Shown here one piece after another: positions 54,203 through 64,000 of a stretch of 64,000 nucleotides of DNA. A program made the translations under genes and the position numbers. Source of the stretch: a virus; the IMG/VR virus record IMGVR_UViG_3300031963_000020, positions 1 through 64,000 of that record. The stretch is one strand, 5' to 3'. A model generated the notes under the pieces. That model was not told the DNA's origin. It ran no database searches and saw only the letters and a list, made by a program, of their open reading frames with translations. Every line of letters starts with the position of its first letter. Within the stretch, counting starts at the first letter, position 1.

Positions 54203-55117
54203 ATGAACCTAATATCTCTGTTATCGCAAATACTCGGTGATTACAAGCAAATGGGCAAGGGGGAGCACTACTTCTCCTGTCCATTCTGCCATCATCACAA
54301 TAAGAAGTTTGCGGTGAATGTTGTTAAGAACAAATGGAAGTGTTGGGTCTGTGGAGCACGTGGTCGGCATTTGATTGGATTGTTCAAGAAGTTGGATGTC
54401 TCACCAGCACAAATCAAAGAGTTAAAGAAGTGTCTCAACGAAGATGATGTTAAGAGTTATGTAGATACTGACCCAGATGAAGTCGTAGAGCTTCACCTTC
54501 CGTATGAGTTCAAACCTCTTTGGAAACCAATCAATACTTTTGAATACAAGCACGCAATCAATTATTTAAAAAAGCGTGGTATTACGGGGTATGACATCAT
54601 CAGGTATCGTATGGGATATTGTGAAACAGGCACCTATGGTGGTCGTATCATTGTCCCGTCCTATGATGTATATGGGAAACTCAACTACTTTATTGCCCGC
54701 GCATATCACGACTCGGGTATGAAATATAAGAACCCACCAGTCTCGAAGAATGTGGTAGTATTCGAGGAACAAATCAACTGGAACGAACCTGTTGTGTTGG
54801 TGGAAGGAGTGTTTGATGCACTGGCGGTTCGTCGTAATGCAATCCCGATGTTGGGGAAGTTTATACCGAAGAAGTTGGAAGTCAAACTACTTGAAAATCG
54901 TGTCAAGAGAGTATATATTCTTCTTGATGATGATGCAAAGACGGAAGCAATACAGCTGGAACGCAAGTTGTCGGCATACGGAATACAAGTATCACAGGTG
55001 TCGGTGAGTGGTGGTGACGCCGCTGACCTTGGGTTCCAAAAGACCTGGGAGTTTATCAATGACTCGAAGGCAACTACCTTTAAGGACTTTATACAAAATA
55101 GGTTATCAAACGCATGA
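54203..55117 (+). CDS. DNA primase (Zn finger + TOPRIM)
   Basis: CPFC...CWVC, YL..RGI, VEG.FD, LD.DA, D..D. Confidence 0.88.
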   Translation: MNLISLLSQILGDYKQMGKGEHYFSCPFCHHHNKKFAVNVVKNKWKCWVCGARGRHLIGLFKKLDVSPAQIKELKKCLNEDDVKSYVDTDPDEVVELHLPYEFKPLWKPINTFEYKHAINYLKKRGITGYDIIRYRMGYCETGTYGGRIIVPSYDVYGKLNYFIARAYHDSGMKYKNPPVSKNVVVFEEQINWNEPVVLVEGVFDALAVRRNAIPMLGKFIPKKLEVKLLENRVKRVYILLDDDAKTEAIQLERKLSAYGIQVSQVSVSGGDAADLGFQKTWEFINDSKATTFKDFIQNRLSNA

Positions 55118-58100
55118 ATATAAGTGTCCCATTTAATAAACTAAAGAAAATAGTCCACCTCGCAGATATTCATATTCGATTATTTAAGCGACACGACGAA
55201 TACAACGAATGTTTCCAGACCCTCTATAACCAGTTGCGTCAAGAAGATTTGACCGACTCGGTTATTGTTGTTGCTGGTGACATCGTGCATGCTAAGACGG
55301 ATATGAGTCCTGAGATGGTGGTGATGGCTACGCAGTTCTTAAAGACGTTAGCTGACATGGCACCGACCATTATTATCGCAGGTAATCACGACCTCAACTT
55401 ATCCAATATGAACCGATTGGATAGTTTGACCCCTATCGTCGATAGTATCAATCACAAAGACCTGCATTACTTTAAGCACTCTGATGTTTACACGATTGCA
55501 GACACCGACTTTGCCGTATACTCCATTCTTGATGACAAGGAGAAGTGGCCGTCCCACAAGGATTGTCATTCTCGTCGTAAGGTGGCTCTCTATCACGGAC
55601 CTGTTCACGGCGCAACTACGGATGCACGATATACCATTACGAACCGACATGTCGAAGTCTCGGCATTCAACGGGTTCGATATGGTCTTACTTGGAGACAT
55701 TCATAGACATCAAGTATTGCAAGAACGAGACACAGAAAGCAAGAAACCTATCGTCGTATACGCATCGTCACTTATCCAACAGAACCACGGGGAAAGTGTC
55801 GATAATCACGGATGGTGCATGTGGGATGTGAATAGTTGTTCGTTCGAGTTCCGTCCACTTCCAAACAACTATGGCTACTACACAATAGAGGTGAAGGGTG
55901 GAAAGGTACCTGTATTGAATGATGTCCCGAAGAATGTTCGTATGCGCATATTCACGGGGAACCTTGATACTTCTGCGGTCAAGAAGTTGACGGCGGTATT
56001 ACGAAAGCAATACAACATTATTGAGTTAAGTATCAACAAGTCCAGATACGACAATACCAATCAAGAAAAGATGAAGAGTGGGATTGAGATTGTAGATGTC
56101 CAGAACATCAACAACCAGAACCAACTTATCCAAGATTGGTTAGAACGACAATATGACGATACGATTGACAAGCCGTTAATGGACAAAATCTTGGATGTCA
56201 ACAAGAACCTTAATGCTCAAATCAATCACGATGACCATTCCCGTAATGTGAACTGGCGCCCTCTTCAACTGAAGTTCTCGAATATGTTCTCGTATGGTGA
56301 GGACAATATCATCAACTTTGGCAAGATGAAGGGTATATATGGTATCTTTGCCAATAACGCATCGGGTAAGAGTTCCGCAATGGATGCCCTCATCTTTACC
56401 CTTTACGATAAGACTCCACGTGCGTTCCGTGGTGACCATATAATGAATAATCGTAAGGATACCTTTACCTGCCAGTTAAAGTTTGAAATCAACAATGAAA
56501 TCTTCTATATCCGTAGAACAGGTACCCGTAAAAAGACGGGTGATGTCAAGGTTGATGTCTCATTCTGGCGGGAAAACGAGGATGGAACCCACGAGTCGTT
56601 AAATGGTGAGGACCGCCGTGATACCAATGCCAATATCCGTAACTATGTCGGCACCTATGAAGATTTCGTCCTAACGGCACTCAGTAGTCAGAATAGTAAT
56701 GCGTTATTCATTGACAAGTCCCACTCTGAACGTAAAGACCTACTTATCCAGTTTATGGGATTAAGTATCTTTGACAAGTTATGTGACACCGCCAACGACG
56801 AGATGAAGGAAATCTCTGGGGCACTCCGTAAGTTTAAGAAGGTCGATTTCTCTCAGACATTATCCGATACCCAGAGTAAGTTGGATGCCACCCGTGAGGA
56901 ACACGAACGGGTAGAAGGGTTGTTCTCTAACATTAAACAGGAACAGGAAACCCTCTACGAGAAGTTAAAGGGATTACAGGAACAAAAACGACCTGTTCCG
57001 AATATTGAGTTGGATATTGATACCCTCTTATCTACGAAGGATAAGGTGGTTGACCTTGCGGCATCCTACGAAGAAGATAAGGGTGAAGCAGAAGGACGAT
57101 TACAATATATTCACGATACAATCGCAGAGAAAACAAAGGAAGTAGTAGATGCAAATATTCCAGAACTTCGGAACTCTGTTGAAGAATATAATAGATTATC
57201 TGACCTCTTTAATAAGGGTAGTAATGCCTTGAAGTTAACCACCTCGAAGATTGGGGAAAAGGTAAAGTTCCAAATCAAACTTGATAGTTACAAATACAAT
57301 CCAGATTGTGATGTTTGTGTTGACAACAATAAAACAATCATTTCTGATAAACAACAAGTAGCACAAGAGTTGTTGGAGTTGGAAGAGGTGCGAATCAAGC
57401 AAACAGCTGCTATCGAAGAAATCAAACAGCAGATGGAACCACTGGTCGAAAAGGTTAATCTCTGTGCATACTACGAGAAGATACAGAGTGAAGTCCAACA
57501 ACTCCAGAAAAAGGCAAGTGGGATTGAACTTGACATCCAAAAGATATTGACCAACATCGAAAAGTGTGACCGCAAGCGTGAGCAAGTGGAAAAGGACATT
57601 GAACTCCATCGGTCAAACAAAGAAAATATAGAATATAATATTGAGATAGATGAACGTATTGACCATATCCAATACGACATCACTACATCTAAAAAGAAGG
57701 CCGACCACATGGAAAAGGTTGTCCGTGACTTGCATGGTGAGATTAAAGTATTAGAAGCCACCAAGACAGACATTATGAACCAGATTAAGGAAGCTGAGGA
57801 GTTAGAAGCAACCTACGAGGCGTACAAGTATTATATGGAAGCGGTGGGTCGTGATGGTATTCCATATGACTTGATGAGTAAGGCAATCCCGAACATCGAA
57901 GCTGAAATAAATAATATTTTAAGTCAGATTGTGGACTTCACTATCTCACTCGAAGTGGATGGAAAGAACATCGTCGGTAAGTTAAACTACGATTATGACC
58001 GCGTATGGCCGCTGGAAAACTCATCTGGGATGGAACGCTTCATTAGTAGTCTGGCAATCCGTGTAGCCTTGATGAACGCTTCGAACCTTCCAAAGTCCAA

Positions 58101-58293
58101 CTTCTTGATTATTGATGAAGGATTGGGGACATTAGACGCCGAGAATATGACTTCGATGCATACCCTATTCGGTATCTTAAAGGCTCAATTTGATTTCCTT
58201 ATCGTCATCAGTCATTTGGATGTGGTCAGAGATATGGTAGACAACTTAATTGAGATAAAAAGAGAGGACGGATTCTCCTATATTCAGTCGTGA
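55114..58293 (+). CDS. fused Mre11/SbcD nuclease and Rad50/SbcC ATPase
   Basis: DIH, GD, GNHD, LGDIH; Walker A NASGKSS; CDVC zinc hook; SGME signature; IIDEG Walker B; ISH. Confidence 0.92.
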   Translation: MNISVPFNKLKKIVHLADIHIRLFKRHDEYNECFQTLYNQLRQEDLTDSVIVVAGDIVHAKTDMSPEMVVMATQFLKTLADMAPTIIIAGNHDLNLSNMNRLDSLTPIVDSINHKDLHYFKHSDVYTIADTDFAVYSILDDKEKWPSHKDCHSRRKVALYHGPVHGATTDARYTITNRHVEVSAFNGFDMVLLGDIHRHQVLQERDTESKKPIVVYASSLIQQNHGESVDNHGWCMWDVNSCSFEFRPLPNNYGYYTIEVKGGKVPVLNDVPKNVRMRIFTGNLDTSAVKKLTAVLRKQYNIIELSINKSRYDNTNQEKMKSGIEIVDVQNINNQNQLIQDWLERQYDDTIDKPLMDKILDVNKNLNAQINHDDHSRNVNWRPLQLKFSNMFSYGEDNIINFGKMKGIYGIFANNASGKSSAMDALIFTLYDKTPRAFRGDHIMNNRKDTFTCQLKFEINNEIFYIRRTGTRKKTGDVKVDVSFWRENEDGTHESLNGEDRRDTNANIRNYVGTYEDFVLTALSSQNSNALFIDKSHSERKDLLIQFMGLSIFDKLCDTANDEMKEISGALRKFKKVDFSQTLSDTQSKLDATREEHERVEGLFSNIKQEQETLYEKLKGLQEQKRPVPNIELDIDTLLSTKDKVVDLAASYEEDKGEAEGRLQYIHDTIAEKTKEVVDANIPELRNSVEEYNRLSDLFNKGSNALKLTTSKIGEKVKFQIKLDSYKYNPDCDVCVDNNKTIISDKQQVAQELLELEEVRIKQTAAIEEIKQQMEPLVEKVNLCAYYEKIQSEVQQLQKKASGIELDIQKILTNIEKCDRKREQVEKDIELHRSNKENIEYNIEIDERIDHIQYDITTSKKKADHMEKVVRDLHGEIKVLEATKTDIMNQIKEAEELEATYEAYKYYMEAVGRDGIPYDLMSKAIPNIEAEINNILSQIVDFTISLEVDGKNIVGKLNYDYDRVWPLENSSGMERFISSLAIRVALMNASNLPKSNFLIIDEGLGTLDAENMTSMHTLFGILKAQFDFLIVISHLDVVRDMVDNLIEIKREDGFSYIQS

Positions 58294-58331
58294 TAACTAT
58301 TTATATTGAGTAGTTATTACGGTGAGAAACT

Positions 58332-60149
58332 ATGGCACGAACTAGAAAAGCATTAGGAAAGCAATTTTTAAACCAGGTACCTGTCTTGATTGAAGATTCA
58401 AGTCAGGAATCTGTGTATTTTAATATAAAAAAATTAGATAGTTATTTCACTGGTGGTAAGAACGCTTTTCTTGTTACTGGAACAGGATTACTGGAACCAA
58501 ACACCACCATTCAAATTGAAATATTAGACGTTGATGGAAACAGTATTTATGTAGAAGCTATACGTAATTTTTCTGAAGCAGGGTCACGTGTGGTGGTAGT
58601 TGAAATATACGAAAACACACCACGAGGACCAGCTATTCTCACGATATTAGGAACTGCTAGACGTTTAGCAAACGGACAATCTATACCTGATATTTGGCAA
58701 GGTCGTGTTAATTTACGTTGGCAAAAGAAACTCATTGTAGAACCAAAAGCAAGAAACAACACACCAATACGAATTAAAAGACAACCTGAAATTATTACAA
58801 GTGAATTACTATTGACAGGTTCATTACTCAGTCAATCTCGTATCAATAATCCTATAGGTCAAATTACATTAACACCAAAAAATGTATTAAATAAACAACG
58901 TGGTTATATAGTAACTCTTAATAGTGGTAGTGCGTTCAAAGGATTTCATTTAACACCAAAAATAACAGGAAGTTTTAGTTTACAAGAACGTAAATATACG
59001 GGGACAATACCAGCAACAACTGAATCAATACAGATACTTTCAAACCACACAGCATCCGTAGATTTACCACTTTCTCATTTAAATGCATCACGGTCATTTA
59101 CCGATGTAAATATTACTAGCTCGACAGATAATAATATACTTAATTTTACACCAGTAAGAAATGGACAATACGAAATAGGTGAAACATTATATACAGCGTC
59201 ATCTACCACGTATATTAGAACTGCAAAATCAATCACATCCTCACTTAACTACAGTTTTATAAGTGAAAGTTCTACATTGATAACCAGTAGTATATTATCG
59301 TTTGCGAAACTTCGTATCATAAATCTAGATACAGTTAGTGGTGAAATCTTTAGAATTAAGGCGTCGGGTAAGCAAGCAGGTGCACAAACAGATTTCGGTT
59401 TCATAGCAGATACACCAACTACAGTAGGTGAACTATTAATAACCAGTTCTACAGACCAAGATGATAGAGAACAACCAATTGGTATATTTAACACTCATGC
59501 GATATTAACTGCAAGTTGGTATGCACATAATGTTACGGGGTCTGGTATACCTGATACCTCATATGGTGATGATACGTTAAATGCATCTACGCATATTAGT
59601 TTAAGTCTTGATGATAGTAATATCTTGGATGCAGGATATGCGGTCACTGCTACAAGTAGCTACTTTATAGGAACACGAGAAGAATTTGCTTTATTTCCAA
59701 CATCTGAGTATACACTAAAATTTGATAGTTATGTATATACTACATCTGGAGCATTCGCATACACAGCAAGTGCCTATAATACAGACGTATATATAACTGG
59801 TTCCGCTATCGCTGGTAATAATCTATTTGGTCAAAAAATAGGTTCAATCACCACTACGGGCAAAGCAGGATATTTCCCAAATAAACAGTTTAATTTTACA
59901 GTTCCACGTAGTGGTAGTGCTGGATTACGATTTGTAGTAAATAATGGGTTCTGGCAATTTGCAAATATTTCATTAAAGGTTGCGGAAGAGTATGCATTTA
60001 GCCCCGACGAAGTTATCGTTACGATTCCAAACGATGCGGCAAATACGTCAAGTTTGATATTTAAAACAGATTTGTTTGATATTAACAATAATGCATTAGA
60101 TTTAAATATTCAGTCAGTTCCAACTATCTTTACAGGTTCAAGACGATGA
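58332..60149 (+). CDS. putative virion structural protein (S/T-rich)
   Basis: Preceded by TATTTATA; beta-rich composition like tail module. Confidence 0.6.
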   Translation: MARTRKALGKQFLNQVPVLIEDSSQESVYFNIKKLDSYFTGGKNAFLVTGTGLLEPNTTIQIEILDVDGNSIYVEAIRNFSEAGSRVVVVEIYENTPRGPAILTILGTARRLANGQSIPDIWQGRVNLRWQKKLIVEPKARNNTPIRIKRQPEIITSELLLTGSLLSQSRINNPIGQITLTPKNVLNKQRGYIVTLNSGSAFKGFHLTPKITGSFSLQERKYTGTIPATTESIQILSNHTASVDLPLSHLNASRSFTDVNITSSTDNNILNFTPVRNGQYEIGETLYTASSTTYIRTAKSITSSLNYSFISESSTLITSSILSFAKLRIINLDTVSGEIFRIKASGKQAGAQTDFGFIADTPTTVGELLITSSTDQDDREQPIGIFNTHAILTASWYAHNVTGSGIPDTSYGDDTLNASTHISLSLDDSNILDAGYAVTATSSYFIGTREEFALFPTSEYTLKFDSYVYTTSGAFAYTASAYNTDVYITGSAIAGNNLFGQKIGSITTTGKAGYFPNKQFNFTVPRSGSAGLRFVVNNGFWQFANISLKVAEEYAFSPDEVIVTIPNDAANTSSLIFKTDLFDINNNALDLNIQSVPTIFTGSRR

Positions 60150-62959
60150 ACATAAACAAATTATTTGAACAAATAGTAGCACTTGACGATTATGTTGAGC
60201 AACACAATTTCTTGGTAGAGACACTTGCACCACAACTTGTGGAAGAATTAGCTATTACAACGACTGATACATTGGAAGAAGCAAAAAAGAAGCGTAAGAA
60301 GGCAAAAGAAAAGATTAAACGATATGGATTTTTCTATCCATTATATCCTCGTGTAATTAAAACTGGTGAACAACCAAAAGAAGAACCAACAACACCACCA
60401 ACGGAACCAACCGATAGTGGTGATGCTGGAGCTGGTGATACTGGTGGTGTGGATGAAATTAAGCCACAAAATGTAGATAACGCATTTGCATTTCCTTATT
60501 CACTTGGTCCGGAGCAAGATGATGAATTCTTACAAAAAGAAGCACTATCAAGTACGGAACGGATGCGTAGGTACAACAAGCGTCACCCCGAAAAAGTTCG
60601 TCAGTACCTTAAAAAGACTCAGGATGACCGCGTTGCCCGTAACCGCGACCGTAAAAAAGCAGTAAAGAAATACGGCAAAACAAAGATGAAGAACCATGAC
60701 GTACATCATCCAAACGGACCACATAATGGTGGTGCTCGCTTGGTACGTAAAGATCATGGACGAGATAAGAAAAACGAAAATATTGAGTACGTATATCTCT
60801 CCGAGTTATTAGAAGGTAATGTACCAAATGGTCCGTGGATATTGTTATCAGAGGGTGGAGCAGCAGGACATTTAGCGCATCCATACGAAGATGATAGTTT
60901 GACGTTTAAAGATTTAAAAGAAATGGCAAAACGTGGTTTGGTCGGTGGATTAGATGCAGAAGGTCCAGTCACCGAAAAACTTGACGGACAGAACATCACC
61001 TTTAGTGTACGTGATGGTCGTGTGGTATTTGCTCGTAATAAAGGTCAAGTCAAAAATCGTGGACAGAACGCATTACCAGCAGCAGACTTACGACAAATGT
61101 TTGCTGGTCGTGGTGATATAGAAAAAGCATTTGGAAACTCAGCAGATGACTTACAAGCAGCAGTAGACGCATTACCACAAGAACAACGAGACGCGATGTT
61201 CGGTGATGGTCGTAAGTTTATGAATGTAGAAATTATATTCCCAGATACAAAAAATGTTATTCCATACGGTAAACCAGTGTTGGTATTTCATGGAACTATT
61301 GAATATGATGATGCAGGGGAAGAGATTGGTCGTAATGTAGATGATGCAAAAATTTTGGACCAACAACTTCAAGCAGTTAGTGCACAAAAACAACGCACAT
61401 TTGGCATATCAGGTCCACAACCTATTACATTTAATGATGCCGACACAGTACGCAATAAAGAACGATTACAACAATACGGTGCAGAAATTGCACGTATTCA
61501 AGAAGAATATGACCTTGATGATAATTCTACATTAGAAGATTACAAGGTGGCATGGTGGAATAGAGAAATTGATAATATGGGTATCGATTGGACTCCACAA
61601 GAACGTGAAGGTCTTATTCGTCGTTGGGCAATGGGTGAAAAGAAGTTTGGGGTCAAAGATATTGAAGATCCTGAAAAGAAAAAGGCATTTAGACAATTTG
61701 AAGTAAACGAACTTAAAGATAAACAAAAGGCTGCTACTCGTCCAATAGAACGTATTTTTTTACGTATTGGTGCAGATACGTTACTACGCGTCACTAATAC
61801 TCTTGGAGCTAATAATCCAGAGATGGCAGCACAATTAAAACAAGAAGTTAGAGATGCTATAGAAAAGATTAAAGACGCTGGTGATGAAAATCAATTGGCA
61901 ATGTTACAGCAACAAATAGAACGGTTAGATGACCTTGGTATTGAACGTGTGGTTCCAAGCGAAGGGTTGGTCTTTATCTATAATGGTAAACCATATAAAT
62001 TTACTGGAGCATTTGCACCAGTCAATCAAATCCTTGGTATGATGAAGTTTCAACGAGGTAAAGCTAAAGTTGTTGATGAACCAGAAAAGAAACCAGCAGA
62101 AGAACCACAAGTAACCACACAAACAACAACTACACCAACTGGTGAAAAACGAACCATTGCTATTTTTCCTGGTCGTTTTCAACCATTCCACGCAGGACAT
62201 TACAGTATCTATCGTGCTTTGGTCGAAAAGTTTGGTAAAGAAAATGTTTATATCGCAACCAGTGATAAGACCGACCCAACCAAATCACCATTTGGGTTTG
62301 TTGAAAAGAAAGACATTATCACAAGAATGTTTGATATTCCGGAAGATATGGTGGTACAAGTAAAAAATCCATACGCACCAGTTGAAATCACCGGTAATAT
62401 GCCAGACAATACAGTTGTGGTAACTGCAGTCAGTGAAAAAGACTCAGAACGATTAACGGGTGGTAAATACTTTACACCGTATGATGGTGAAACAGCGACA
62501 CAAGGATTTAAAGATAAAGGATATTTCATAGTTGCACCAGAAATGCAACTACAACTTCAAGGCAAAAACATTAGTGGAACTCAAGTTAGAGCATTGTTAG
62601 GTAATCCAAATATTACTGACGAAGCAAAAGAAGAAATATTCACAATGATATATGGTAAGTTCGACCCAGACATATTTAAAAAGATTGTTAAAACTACTAC
62701 GGACTCAGAAAAAGCATTGGCACTTACACAACAGCATGGTGGTAAAAAAGCTGCAAAACCACGAGTAAAAAAGAAAGCGGGAGAACCACAAAAAGGTGTG
62801 AGAAAAAAAGCAGTAAAACCAGAACCAAAAGATCCATCATTTTACAAACCTGGTGAATCGTGGGAAACTGAAACTGGAAACTTTGGTGGCAAGAATAAAA
62901 AGAATCAAGTAAGATATTTTGGTACAAAGGACCGAGCAGACAAATTCGCTAAATCATAA
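60146..62959 (+). CDS. multidomain protein: HNH-like segment, ligase-superfamily domain, HxGH nucleotidyltransferase
   Basis: DVHH.NG; TEKLDG...EGLVF...YK; PGRFQPFHAGH...NPF-like...ISGT.VR. Confidence 0.7.
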   Translation: MNINKLFEQIVALDDYVEQHNFLVETLAPQLVEELAITTTDTLEEAKKKRKKAKEKIKRYGFFYPLYPRVIKTGEQPKEEPTTPPTEPTDSGDAGAGDTGGVDEIKPQNVDNAFAFPYSLGPEQDDEFLQKEALSSTERMRRYNKRHPEKVRQYLKKTQDDRVARNRDRKKAVKKYGKTKMKNHDVHHPNGPHNGGARLVRKDHGRDKKNENIEYVYLSELLEGNVPNGPWILLSEGGAAGHLAHPYEDDSLTFKDLKEMAKRGLVGGLDAEGPVTEKLDGQNITFSVRDGRVVFARNKGQVKNRGQNALPAADLRQMFAGRGDIEKAFGNSADDLQAAVDALPQEQRDAMFGDGRKFMNVEIIFPDTKNVIPYGKPVLVFHGTIEYDDAGEEIGRNVDDAKILDQQLQAVSAQKQRTFGISGPQPITFNDADTVRNKERLQQYGAEIARIQEEYDLDDNSTLEDYKVAWWNREIDNMGIDWTPQEREGLIRRWAMGEKKFGVKDIEDPEKKKAFRQFEVNELKDKQKAATRPIERIFLRIGADTLLRVTNTLGANNPEMAAQLKQEVRDAIEKIKDAGDENQLAMLQQQIERLDDLGIERVVPSEGLVFIYNGKPYKFTGAFAPVNQILGMMKFQRGKAKVVDEPEKKPAEEPQVTTQTTTTPTGEKRTIAIFPGRFQPFHAGHYSIYRALVEKFGKENVYIATSDKTDPTKSPFGFVEKKDIITRMFDIPEDMVVQVKNPYAPVEITGNMPDNTVVVTAVSEKDSERLTGGKYFTPYDGETATQGFKDKGYFIVAPEMQLQLQGKNISGTQVRALLGNPNITDEAKEEIFTMIYGKFDPDIFKKIVKTTTDSEKALALTQQHGGKKAAKPRVKKKAGEPQKGVRKKAVKPEPKDPSFYKPGESWETETGNFGGKNKKNQVRYFGTKDRADKFAKS

Positions 62960-62968
62960 GAGGTTACT

Positions 62969-63583
62969 ATGGCACGCATGGATGAAAAAGCAGTAGCAGA
63001 TGTAAGAAAAAGAATTGGTGAAGTAATGAACAAACAAGAACAAAAACTTGTATTTGGATGGCGTCCGCAACAAGTAGAGCGACAAGAAGGTGAAGTGTGG
63101 GAAGATCATGATGGTAAAAAATGGACAAAGAAGAATGGTCTTGTTCAAACCGTTACAAAACTTGATGGATTTAAAACTCCGTGGTGGTGTCCAAAATGTA
63201 ATACTCCACTAAACGGTATTCATCTTAAAGCATACAAAAAAGCAGGGCATTGCCACGAATGTATGTTAAAAGAAGAAATGGAATTAAAAAAGTCTGGTAA
63301 ATGGCATGACGTAATAATTGAAAAAGGTCGTCAAAATCATATGGCGATAATACGAGACAAGATACAAGAATTACAAAGCTATCACGATAATCTCTCACAA
63401 CCAGAATTTATTCACGCAGACAATGAAAAAATATTGATGATTGAAAAGTGGGATATGGATATCAATACGGTCAAAAAAGATTTGATGGAAGAAATTACCA
63501 AGCTGCAAAAGCATTTAGAAATGGTTGAGTCTGGAATGAGTGAAGAAGAAATCAGACAATACTACGAAACACAGGAACAATAA
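62969..63583 (+). CDS. zinc-finger hypothetical protein
   Basis: GEVW...GKKW..KNG, CPKC...CHEC. Confidence 0.7.
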   Translation: MARMDEKAVADVRKRIGEVMNKQEQKLVFGWRPQQVERQEGEVWEDHDGKKWTKKNGLVQTVTKLDGFKTPWWCPKCNTPLNGIHLKAYKKAGHCHECMLKEEMELKKSGKWHDVIIEKGRQNHMAIIRDKIQELQSYHDNLSQPEFIHADNEKILMIEKWDMDINTVKKDLMEEITKLQKHLEMVESGMSEEEIRQYYETQEQ

Positions 63584-63584
63584 T

Positions 63585-64000
63585 ATGTCAAGAATAACAA
63601 ATAATATTACTACATTCGTTGTAAATCTTTGTATTTTTTTCGGTTTAGCACTAGCTATATTTTTCTTCGTCAGTAATTCAAAGCAAGACGAAGTGGACAA
63701 GTATATTGCGGAATACAAAGTATTTCAAGCTAAGGCAGATTCAGTCACCGAGTTAGCCGATAGTTTAAAAGCAGAAATTGTAGTTGCTGATAACGAGTCA
63801 CGAGCAGCAGAAAGTCGAGCAAAGGTATTGAGTCGTCAAGTTAATACTTTACGAGATGAAACGTTGAGTATGGAAGAACGTGCAGAAGTAATGAAAGAAA
63901 CACTTTTAGACACTCTTGTTTTAGCTCGTCAATTATTACCACTCAAAGATTCAATTATTGCAAAGCAAAAGGAAACAATTGATGTGCAGGGTGGTCAAGT
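63585..64000 (+). CDS. TM plus coiled-coil protein (spanin-like), truncated by window edge
   Basis: Open frame to window end; N-terminal TM then heptads. Confidence 0.55.
   Translation, partial: MSRITNNITTFVVNLCIFFGLALAIFFFVSNSKQDEVDKYIAEYKVFQAKADSVTELADSLKAEIVVADNESRAAESRAKVLSRQVNTLRDETLSMEERAEVMKETLLDTLVLARQLLPLKDSIIAKQKETIDVQGGQ

Noticed and set aside
272-63718. Minus-strand and nested alternative-frame ORFs
   Set aside because: They shadow long + strand genes and lack SDs or recognisable motifs

Overview
The window is part of a large, AT-rich tailed-phage genome (contractile-tail, distantly T4-like). Essentially all real genes are on the + strand and use the standard code. Layout: (1) 1-6.9 kb: membrane/envelope genes (CsgG-like protein, lipase, amidase), purA and small ORFs. 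(2) 7-31.6 kb: accessory region with sigma70-type promoters, glycosyltransferases, UDP-glucose dehydrogenase, four sulfotransferase-like genes, a tmRNA, 29 tRNA genes covering all 20 amino acids, Hsp20, UvsE, an IMPDH/GMP-reductase-family gene and a gp55-like late sigma factor. (3) 31.7-53.8 kb: baseplate/tail module. (4) 53.8-58.3 kb: resolvase-like gene, primase and a fused Mre11-Rad50. (5) 58.3-64 kb: further late genes, including a ligase-motif/HxGH fusion. Most unusual signals, all read by eye without database searches: a translation island with atypical tRNAs (Ser-ACU, Ile-UAU, Cys with a long variable arm, a degenerate CCA-bearing Gly) plus three unassigned structured RNAs and a bS22/mS38-like basic peptide; a 26-aa metallothionein-like ORF missed by the ORF track; stop codons lying inside tRNA genes; a possible GMP->IMP->AMP shunt; and a glycosyl/sulfotransferase toolkit co-occurring with [ST]-G-S enrichment in virion proteins. 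Protein calls rest on motif recognition only.
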